From NCBI GenBank assembly GCA_002633005.1, contig NMRA01000185.1, positions 403,921 through 467,920 of the forward strand: a stretch of 64,000 bases of DNA, read 5' to 3'. A program made the translations under genes and the position numbers. The stretch's first letter is position 1. Every line of letters begins with the position of its first letter. Below, piece by piece: positions 23,173 to 34,100 of this stretch. Source of the stretch: Phoronis australis (lineage: Eukaryota; Animalia; Phoronida). The notes under the pieces are model-generated. The model made no database searches, was not told the DNA's origin, and saw only the letters and a list, made by a program, of their open reading frames with translations.

Positions 23173-26100
23173 GTGAGTGCAACTGTACACACTGTGTTGC
23201 GCGGAGGAATATCTTAGTAACAATACATTTACAACGTTCATAGTAAACTGACTTCAAAACAGTGTGTCTGTCCAGAGAGGGTTAGCGTACTTCTATCTAG
23301 CAAGGCACGTCCTCGTGTAAATTTACTAAGTTATGTTCGGAAGAAAACATAGCCTTGGAGTATTCTCCACTCATAGTGGACACACAGAAAAAGAAAAGCA
23401 TGGTAAGAATTTTGCTAAAGTTGATTTAGGTAATCGTATTTGCTGCTTACTAAACGCGGGAAAACTTTCCCGTCAGTGGTAACATAGTCCAATTTTCGTG
23501 TTGTGCCATTTCAGGAAAAGACAAGGACAGCTTCGACAAGAACTACTGTGTAAGTGCGGTGCTGGGTAGTGGTGGCTTCGGAACAGTCTACTCTGGAACA
23601 AGGAAAAGAGACAACTTGCCGGTGAGTAAAACTTCAGAATTCTAGACTTCAATTTATCAACTACACACTATTCACGTTTCAATTTAAAATTGGTGTACGC
23701 CAGTTTGGTAATATGTTATCGCCGTCTTCTTATATTTTAGGTTGCCATCAAGCACATCTCGAAAGAAAAAGTTACAGAATGGGGTCAGGTAAGTTTCGAT
23801 TGTTCTCCGACCATGCCGTCTTGTGATTCTTTGTTGTGGGAACGTCATACAAAGAGTTGGCAGTGGGCCAACCGTTGTTCCCGGAAGAAAAATCTGGAGA
23901 AACCCGCCTGATGGAACCCGGTCGTGATAAAGATTTCCTATTGGGAACTTATGCTCTAACAAAAATTTCGCTGTCTTATTCCGAATGTCTCGGTATTTCC
24001 TCATATTTTTTACATTTTGTTGTAAGAGAAGCTTGACATTTTCCCGCCGTATGTTCTGGTGCACTGAACAGATCCTTGTTGTATTTCTCTCTACGTACGT
24101 GGTCCTCAAAATTTCTTAACATTTTTTGCACTACTACATATAGGGCTTTTGACCAAAGTTTCCTGTCTTGTCCACTGTCCTGTCTTTATGGCGTTCTCAC
24201 ACTCTTGTTAAGAGGTTAATACTTTCAAAAAGCGTTTAGTGTTTGACACGCAAATTTTCTGATTATTTTGTCACTGTAACAATATTGCACCGAATGACAT
24301 AGAGGAATGAAACAAATGTATAACAATCTTGTCAAAATCATTTCCATTTGCTTGGGCAAATAGTTGACATACCTTCAGTACGGCTTGGTACAGTGATTCA
24401 TATCGCAACAATGAAACTGCGTGGTAACCTTGTATTGGGCCAATGGGGAACAACTGAGCCGTAAACAAGTTTCGGTGATTCACAATAGATTTGTATCCCT
24501 TCCTGGAATTGCATTTTTTGTAAACATACTGAAAATAGTAAGCATGATTAAGACATCTAGTGAGGCTTGTCAATTTTAATTTTTTATTTGTTGTATTTTA
24601 GAATTGGTCTTAAATTTTTGTTTTGTCTTTTTTCAGCTGGGTGGACATTCTGTTCCCATGGAGATCTGTTTACTGAGGAAAGTTTCACAGACTGCCGGAG
24701 TAATAAAATTGTTAGACTGGTATGAACAAACGGACAGTTTTATCATTGTTATGGAAAAACCAGAGCCGGTTAAGGACTTGTTTGACTACATCACAGAAAA
24801 GGGTGCCCTAGACGAGTCTACAAGTAGAAAGTTTTTCCGCCAAGTTGTTAAGACTGTTATAGGCATTCACAAAGCTGGAGTAATTCACAGAGACATTAAG
24901 GATGAGAACATTTTGGTGGACTTGAAAACAGGAGAGCTCAAATTAATAGATTTCGGCTCTGGTGCATTCCTTAAAGACACAGTTTATGTAGATTTTGATG
25001 GTAGGTATTGGTGCTTAAGTTCATTTTCTGTGCTTCAGCACTGCACATCGTAATGTAGTATTGATGTCTGGTGAACTCTGCCTGCATCGTAGTGCGATGA
25101 TCGCCTGTCCATTGTACTAAACTCATTACTGCTTAAACCCACTTACGCTTGGCCTGAGCGGAGTTCAGATGCAAACTATTGATTTTTATGTAGGAGTGAC
25201 ACCGTCTACTGCGCATACTATTTCCACTCTCAGTCTGGCTTTACTGAATTTCACTTTAGCCAACCGTGCAAAATTGCTGGGTCACATTACAAAAATCTCC
25301 TATGTGCAACTGATCATCAGTTATGTACAGGGTACTAATTAAAACCGTGGTTATAGCACATGGCCACCCCGTATGGCCTGCGGTCCATTTAGGGATCTGG
25401 GTCAACATTCCAGAGTGTCTGATTTCTGCAACACCTCCCAACATCTGGTGAAACATTTTCTCCACTGTCTGGTGACCTGCGAATGGGTTATTTTTGCTGG
25501 GAACTCGCCAGCACTATAAAAGGCCAATAGCCCACACCAGACAGGCGAGCTATTAAGAAGTAGAAAATAATGTAAAACTTGCCTGGTAAATGGGAAGCTT
25601 TTACAAAATAGTAATATTTGGAAGTTTTTGCTAGAAAATGATTCTGACATGAATCAGAATTTTTTCACGTTGCCTCCCAGACACTTGTCTGTGGTGTTGC
25701 CTGTGAACTTTGCCGACTTTGTAATCGACATTGTTGAAAATTTGTTGACTGGTCTTTGTCTGCTCAATCCTTAACCCACTGACCTTTGTCTGGGCTATTT
25801 GAGGTGCAGACCACTCATTGCAGGGTGCACAAAGGTGTTCTTTGTCCCCATTGGAATGCCAGACATGCTTAGCTGATTGGCTATGTGTGTGGTGCTACCC
25901 TCAGCTTCCCGCCAAAACCCTTGTTCTTTGTATGCCTGGGAAAATAAAAGGGACTGGCTTCTACAACTGATATTGCAAATGGTCTCTGCTCTTGAAAGCC
26001 ACTGCAAATTTTATTTGGTTTTCAAACAGTGCATTTGTTTATGGATTTTGCCAGTTTTTGGTTTTCAATGAATTTTAAGTATTCATAGTCCAGCAAAGGC

Positions 26101-27466
26101 AATTTATTTCTGCTGGCTACCCACGTTTGGTCAATTAATAGGACGCCTACAGGCTTAGATGTGGGAGGCTATAGATATGAGGGCTGGCTTCATGAGCTTG
26201 GAGATTGAATATTAATTTTGTTGCACAGCTGTTCAGCCTACCTACGTATGCAGGCAAGCCCACAACTTGGCAAGCGGTGCTAAATTGGTCGCACATTGCC
26301 ATGGCAACCAGAATCAATACTACAAATTATCAGAAATAAGAGTATTGATTGTTCTAGTTTGGCTTGTGTCCATACTTGTACAGTTTGTCAGACAGACGAA
26401 GATTACATAAATTTCTTGGCTTTGGTACAGGGGTGTGTGACTCAATGCCTTGGGTTTATCTCGTTGGGGATTCCAAGAATGTTTGCCTTGGCATTAAAAA
26501 GCTTGTTCTATGAATGAATTTAGGTTGTACCTATGCTAAACTGGGAGCAGCCTTTCGGGGTCAGACACGCTGTGTTTGCTGACAGCAAACAAACTATTGT
26601 GTAAAGTCTTTACACTTGGTCTAATTTACACAGAGATAAGCCTACCTAACTACGTCATAGCCACAACAAATACTAACAGACCGTTTCCGTGAACAAATCA
26701 AGCACGTGTTCTGTGATATTTCGTGGTGCGTCACTTGTTTGAATTTTTTGTCATCGGCATCTGATTAAAGTTTACTTAATTGCCATGCTATTTATCTTTC
26801 AGGTACACGAGTGTATAGTCCCCCTGAATGGATCCGTTTCCACAGATACTTTGGTCGCCCGGCAACAGTTTGGTCGCTAGGAATTCTTCTCTTCGACATG
26901 GTTTGTGGAGACATCCCATTTGAACAAGATGAACAGATAGTCAGGGCCGAGCTCAACTTCAAAGGCCGTCTTTCTGCTGGTAAGTCAGAGCGCTCTTTTG
27001 TACCTTCCGAAGTGGTGGTTGGCCTGCATTGATTATTGGTTGTGAAATCAGGGGCTGGAGGAAATAGGATCAATTGACCTTCACATAAAGTTTGTCCGAG
27101 GTTACCTGGTGATAGAACAAAACATTCTAGGGATGTGTGCTAATAGAATCTTGTGTTAACGAAAGAACTGGGTTTCTTGAAACCTATATGGATTTTTTGC
27201 ATAATATGTTTGGTGGTGATATTGTTGATGGCGGTTCCTTTACACTTCTCAGAGGAGGATTATTTATGATGATTCATTTTGTCATTCCAGATGTGAAAGA
27301 TCTTGTCCGAAAATGCCTGTCCATTCGTCCGGCTGATCGGCCGAGCCTGGAAGAGATCCTGTCCCATCCGTGGATGAATCCTGACAATGGAAGTGAAGGC
27401 AAGATCAGTTTAGAGAGTGACAGCTCTCTGGGACCTGTACCCACTGGGAGCCAGGAAAGCATTTGA
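23103..27466 (+). CDS. PIM: PIM-family serine/threonine kinase, 6 coding exons, 313 aa
   Basis: join(23103-23172 or 23333-23402,23515-23621,23741-23788,24637-25000,26803-26979,27291-27466) = 942 nt. Contains [14 protein letters not shown], the PIM-specific hinge [37 protein letters not shown] and HPWM. Confidence 0.97.
23333..23402 (+). CDS. PIM: PIM alternative first coding exon 1b
   Basis: [23 protein letters not shown] then ATG|gtaaga donor; phase 1 matches exon 2. Confidence 0.65.
23515..23621 (+). CDS. PIM: PIM exon 2 (Gly-rich loop)
   Basis: tttcag|[36 protein letters not shown]|gtgagt. Confidence 0.96.
23741..23788 (+). CDS. PIM: PIM exon 3 (VAIK)
   Basis: ttttag|[16 protein letters not shown]|gtaagt. 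Confidence 0.96.
24637..25000 (+). CDS. PIM: PIM exon 4 (hinge, HRD, DFG)
   Basis: tttcag|[13 protein letters not shown]...HRDIKDEN...[17 protein letters not shown]|gtaggt. Confidence 0.97.
26803..26979 (+). CDS. PIM: PIM exon 5
   Basis: tttcag|[59 protein letters not shown]|gtaagt. Confidence 0.97.
27291..27466 (+). CDS. PIM: PIM exon 6 (stop codon)
   Basis: ttccag|[29 protein letters not shown]...QESI*. Confidence 0.95.
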
Positions 27467-28150
27467 TAGTGGCACATGGAGTCACTGACATACTGTCAAC
27501 ATTCTCCGTAATCTGGGGCACAGTCAATGCAATCTCTTCACTACCTCAAACTGAGATTAGAGAGTGTCACGCAACGCCATCTGCAGGGACTACTTTTCAG
27601 GAGCGGTTTTACCTCAGTTTCGCGTTAAAAAAACTCTCATTTTATTTTGGTGCTACGCAGAGGGTACACGAACAAGTCTTCCATCGATGTGTATCCAGTA
27701 GAACGCGTCGCTAGCAGACCGGTTCACAATGTCTGTACAGCGATTAGGGGGACTTTTGTGAAAACCTTGGCTATGAAAATTGCCTTAAGTTTTTTAAAAC
27801 CTGTACTCTCTGCGATTTTATGTGTTAATAACTGTAAGGATGTAAATATTTTAGCTATTTGAATTTTATCTGTATGAGCAAGGCTGAAGTCAGGTGTTAA
27901 ACTCTGATGACATACAATTTATGTCCAGGTTTGACTGTGATGGTCTGCTTGTAGGGAAAAAATTCCTTACTTAATTTATTTAATTTAATTGTATTTGTGT
28001 AAATAAATGTCTGATAATTTATTGCCTAGTTACATGCCGTGAAAGGAAATAGTTAGGTGTAGCCGTAGATATAGATAAGATGTTGGAGGAAAGTATTTTT
28101 ATAGTAGTTTGAAAGTAATTTAAAAATAAACTATAACAATAATGACAATG
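27467..28150 (+). promoter_or_regulatory. PIM 3'UTR with miRNA seed sites, AU-rich elements, Pumilio elements and poly(A) signal
   Basis: CAATGCAA 27525, CTACCTCA 27541, TACCTCA 27610, TGGTGCTA 27648, TGCCTTA 27781, TGTAAATA 27841 and 27998, three ATTTA at 27974-27987, AATAAA 28125-28130. Confidence 0.7.
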
Positions 28151-31100
28151 TTATTTTGTTGTTAACAAACTGTGTTGTTACTAGCAAGTTAGTGTTAGCG
28201 TTTTAATCCACAAGTACGTCCACAATAATTGCGAAGTGTGCATTACTTCTGCTGGGCACGAAGACCCCATACGAACTGGAATTGAATTAAGGGGAACTAA
28301 AGATACCCGAAAGAACAAAATTCACAATCATACACGGCACGGAGACCGCATGTGGATTACATTTACCATACCACACAAATCAAGGTCAACCTCGCTAACC
28401 TCAAATTCTGAAAGTATACAAAATAAGAATTCACCGCCATGAAGATCCCATACGAATTCTAAAATTATCAGCGACACGAACAAAAAAGAATTTCTCTTCG
28501 CAAAAGTTATGAAGTAAAAAATGTCCCTATGTTCACACATGGTCACATTTACCATATGCCTGTTCAATCGCCACGTGGTAACTTTAACTGGGACGATACT
28601 TAACACAGCGCTGGGAAACCAGTAGTGTCTATGTAATACTCTAATAAGCTTACTGGGCAGTCACGCTTCAGCCTTGACCGGCAGTCATTTTGCTCTCATT
28701 CGTCAGCTGATGAACTGTCCACGTGCTCACTGACTGACAGTTTACGTTATACAACCGTATGATGACCTTGTGTAAGCCTGACCAGTCGTAAAACAAGCAA
28801 GGTCACTGAATCCATGAATCGCGTTATGTTACGTTACCACAAGGCCAGATTGCGTTGCGCCTGGGGTCGGTTCGCGCCGAACAATGGCGTGCTATTCTTG
28901 TCTGGGGAGCAGGAATTTTAAGTACGGTGTACTTTAAGGATTGTGTAAGCCTTTTAAACAGTCTTTATTAAATACATTAAAGTTACCGCAGAAACTACCG
29001 TGGGATTTTTGTGCACACGCCCGGTACAGCCCAGTTGAACTGTAAACATTCACAAAATTTGCAATTTCACAACCTGTATTTCATGGCATGCGCTATGGGC
29101 GCATNGGGGGCTCGGAAGGCTCAAGATAGGATTCCATTTCCGTTGATTGAGGTTCTCAAACTCTTAAATTTTGAATTCGAAAATAGCGCACATAAGCATA
29201 TCATTAACCTGTGACCTGAGATAGTGAAGGAAATAGGAGCCCATCATAGAAAAAAATATGACGAAGCCGATTTTACGAGAGTATAAGGCCGAATTCGATT
29301 TCTTCACCTACTAATGCAGGTTGAAATAATATGTTACCGTCATTTAATGTTTATGATCGTAGCTATTTAAAGCGAAACAAATCAAGTCTTAAATAATGAG
29401 AGACTGAAATAATAAGAGAATGAGAGTTTTTAAAGTAAATCGACGTAGTTCAAATCTTTTCGATAATTATGAAAATGTGTTTGTACTTTACAACAGAACC
29501 AATCACTACTCAAATTCCACAAAGCCACGCATGCCTTCTTTAAACCAACAGTTTTCACTCTCGGGGTAGGCATTCTTGCTTCGCGCGCCTTTTCCAGACG
29601 ATTAAACATTGTAGTGAGTGCGAATACACAAAGTCATTTCACAACTCTCACGGGTGGCGTGATTGTGAACAGTAATCCGCAGACAAAAGACTGTGGTTTC
29701 ACAAGCTTGCTTATGCAAGCAGTGGCTAGAACAAACTATTTGTACAAGGGGCCTATAATCATTATCCCGTGTATGAGTGGACTGGATTGTACCAGTCCAC
29801 TACACACCCATTGCCGCCCACAAAGCAAAGACATCGCGATCAGTTAAAAATCAAATGACTTTTGAACAGCATGCATAAAGAGAGGTCAACGAAACCTAAT
29901 GTCGAGTTTTATTTTCTGAATGAAAATAATTAAAAATAGTTTTAGCTTCATTTTCCAAATGTGACTGGTACGTTTCAGAAATGAAAGCCCATTTCCTGAA
30001 TAAGACCGAGTTGAAGCAGTCAGTGCAAAATATTTCGAGTGAATGACAAGTATAGCTTACATACTAACACAAAGTACCCAAACATTCTGAAACGTCACGC
30101 ACTGGTACGACGCTGCACCCCCCCCCCCCACCCGCGTGTTAGCTGTAAAGTGCACGTTGCTTAGGCGCGACAACTGAGATCGCGCTGAGAAAGTCGGTGT
30201 AAAAGTCCACGGCTGCAAGGTGCAGATATTGCACGCCACAGTAGGAGTTGGCTTGATTTCACCTCCCGGTGAACCCTGCACTGTTATTTATCAATTATAA
30301 AGGCAAATTATGCAACCATATGTTCTTAATTCTAACCTATTAGGTGGACAACAGGTATTCCTTATTTCCTGAAAGGCGGTTCCTGCTGGCATGCCCAATA
30401 CACACTCTTTTGTGTTTCGGGATTAGAAACCCGCAGATGTTCCATGAAATCCCAATGAAATTACTATGTAATAGCACCACAACCAATTTGCCAACAACAA
30501 GGTAAATTCGGGGATCCAAAAGAAAACGGCATGCTGGCGTGTTAAGCTGTAAATCCGGGTCAAGCAGTCCACTGAGCAAACAGGCAGTATAGTTCACTGG
30601 CCAAGACTTTTGTGAATGAGAAACACATAAATTTCTAACGCGCGTATTATTTTGACAACGAAACACAATCCCTTGTGAGCGGAATTAAATAATTACGTGC
30701 TTCGAACCACAATCAACAAATCTCCGTTTGTTTACCTGCATGCACCGTTGGACAATTTGCAAATTGGGAATCTCGCGTACTCGGGTACTCCCAGCCAGCA
30801 ATTGTTACCTAAGCAAAATTCGCGTAAACAACTTCAGCGATTTGCAGACTGACTTGTAAACATCAAGACTGCCAACTGAGAAGAAAGAGTGGTTGCGCAA
30901 CATGCAGGAATTCGACTAGGCAGGACTGTTTGGCCGGTTATTGTAACCTAGCCACAACGGCGGCGTTATGTGTACTTCCAAGAAGCACTAACTTCAAAAA
31001 TGTCGAAATAAGAGACCAGGCATTTACCATTTTGAGCTACTTAATGCTGAAAATACTGGCTTGGCCAATCAAAAGGATTCTTTATTAAAGCTGCATATCG

Positions 31101-34100
31101 CCCAGTTCAGATGGCTAAAAACAAGTTGGTCTCATATTTCTTACCTTTACAGGATTCTGTTTCCGCAACAAGTTCAACGAAACCATGACCGACAAAAAAG
31201 TCTTTTCAGTTTATTTGCGTTGCCCATACACTAAAATTGCGAATTCGAAATTGACGCATGTGTGCGTTGCACGCGACGTTAAGTATGGAACGGAAATAGA
31301 TTCACGTCATAGTGAGGAATATTATGCGGAGCAGATTTTGTGAGAGTAAATGACCTAACTAGTTTTTAGCTAGCTAAACAGGATGGAATGCATGTTTTTA
31401 AGTTACTAGGTCCGTGTTTGGTGAATAAGACGACCAAAATTCAGTTTAAACCAATTTTCTGTCATACACCGAAACGAAGCACGCTCGTAGTCACACGGAA
31501 ATCAAAAAAAATCGCTTGTCCTGGCAATGTCCAACAATATTCGGTGATCAGATTTTTCCGGGGACCCCGATAACATTTTGCGCGATTATTGTTGGACAAT
31601 GTAAGGACACGCGACTTAGGCGATTTTGCAACCATTATCCGGATAAAGACCATGATTTGCTTCGAAGGCAAAATCGGTCTTAAGCAACGTAAAATACAGG
31701 TCCAGCAAAGCATCTCTAATTTGCTAATGAATCGAAAGTCGTGTCCAAGGGAAACATTTGCGCCTCACGTAATGAAACCAGTTCAAGTATCTTATCAGTG
31801 ACGAGAGTAATCACGTGAATACCAAGGACTCATTATCACTCCACTGAGCTGTGAAGTGCCGGGCCAGTTTCGTCACTGTATCATGACTATGCACGTGTCG
31901 CGGAGGCCTACTCACTGACACTGTCGAAACTGATGATCATAAAACCTTCTAACCTATTGTATAAACTATGAAAGTAAAACCCCATTTCTCTGAATGTATT
32001 GAACAGGTTTAGATAAAAAGCGACACTTAGCTGCTTTTTTCTCGTGGAACGTTTCCGGTGACGGTGTCTGGCTTTTAGTTGTGCGGGAAATCCTGCGGTT
32101 AAATCTAAAGTCGCACGGCCTACGTATTTAAGCCTGTGCGCCTATATCCGAATGGATATACTTTTTAATTATTTTAGTTTTTGTTTCTGTACATAAGGGC
32201 ATGGGCACGTCTCTCACTTAGTTTTGAAGCGGAGGCTTTCCTTGGAAGGAAGATTTCTACAATCCAGTTTTGCACCCTCAGGCCTACACGGAAGCCAAAC
32301 GTCACTCACAGGTTATTTGAAATACTCCTCGGTTGTTGTTCAAGTGTTTTGCAAACCGTAAGTTGCGCCTAATCCCAGAACAGGCGCGACTTCCCAAATG
32401 CGTGTGCACCGTAGAGATGGCGAACCCACATCTGGTTTGGATTCCGTTGACGAAAGAATCTCGCGACGGAAGTTAGAGTGATTACGACTTTGGTTTGTAA
32501 ATATAAAGGGATGTCTCGAGAAGTCTTGTGTGCTCTTGCGTTTTCGCGAACTTTTCGCGTCTACGAAACTACACCCGGATGCGGGGTCAGTGCATGTACA
32601 ACATCGAACAAGAATCGCTCAGAAGCCACCTATCACCGACGCAACAGACGTTCATGAATGAATTACAATGTCTCGTTTCCACAAAGGAACCCATCCCCAG
32701 TTAAGAATTAAATGAATTGAGCACACCCTGTCTCAATATCGCCTGATAAACATATTTGAGGTGCACAATACACAAACCGACTTTTAAGTTGAAGGAACAG
32801 AAGCCATAAACATGACAGGATGCAGATAACGCCTCTACTGTGTGTGTATTCGCGGATTAAGATTCCGATTACAGGACGCAGACCCTCCAACACCAAGCCA
32901 GGACAATAGCACCAGACGGCGAGTTTCCCGCCAAAACCAGCAAGACACGGAAGGCGGTCTAATGTAAAATACTACCACGTCCATCACCGTTCATCTGTGA
33001 CCACTATTACTCCCAAATTTCATTAAGTCCCAGTAATTGCCTTTATGTCGTTAAAACTCCTTTTTTATCACAGATGAGACGTGATTACTGAGTTGGAAAG
33101 ATCTCACGGTTTGAAATTCCCCGAGACCATGCCCGGCGCATACAAAAGACACGGCGTGACAGTCAAGTTATAGAGCCTGGTCTCTAGGCAACAACGAACA
33201 GCCAGTTCTTCCCACCACGGCAAAAATCAAACATACTTTGATTAGGTAATAATTACAGACCCATTTCAAAAAACGGCGAGTGGCCTAAATTAAAATTATT
33301 TTTTGTAACGGAAGGCAGGTTTTAAAGCTCCTAAAAAACGAACAAACATCTTTCACTCTCATCAAAGCGGTCTCGTAATATTTATTAAAGTGTCAGGATT
33401 CTATATCAGTCAACAATTCAAGTCACAGCCAATGCATAGATAGTGCCAATTTCGAATTTGCGATTTTAGCCAATCTAAAGAGATTTCGCTGACGGTTTAG
33501 GTGTTCTTGTTAGAGACAGAAATAGAACCCTATCGCGTTAAGGTAAGTTATGAGGCCGACTTTATGAGATAAAATGACAATATTTCATTGACTTTCGATT
33601 TTAGGCTACTAAATAGGGCGAAATGCAAGAACACTGTTTTCAAATTTGCGGCAGCCGAAGTCTGGTGCAGTATCAGTTGCCGGATTCGACTAATTCCACA
33701 AGCGCGCACCCGGCCTTCTATGAGGGGCTCGAATTCCTGGCGATGTGGACCTTTACAAACAAAATAGTCAATCGACTAAAAAAGAGAGTACCACGATCGG
33801 AGCTGTTCGTGCTGTGAATTTCAATTCTGCGTTTGCGCCTATTTAATAGACTTTTTATCTCGTTTTCTCGGACTTTTTGTTTCTCTGAGGCGGACCTCAG
33901 TTTTTGAACACTTCGCCAAAAGAGGTACCCATTCGAGCTCCCCTCCCCCCCAGGATGCGCGCATGTTCCACTGTACACGCCACTGACTTGGGATTACTCG
34001 CGAAGCAAACCACGTACGACTGTTGGGACAAAACTGAATAGTTTGCACAGGTCAATGTCCACCGTCAACGAACGCACGGCGGGAGTTATCCGGGCCGCAA

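Noticed and set aside
23040-23335. Upstream CUG-initiated long PIM isoform as in mammals
   Set aside because: An in-frame TAA lies within two codons upstream of both candidate ATGs.
23684-24109. 141-aa antisense ORF over PIM exon 3
   Set aside because: No recognisable domain; consistent with a chance shadow ORF.
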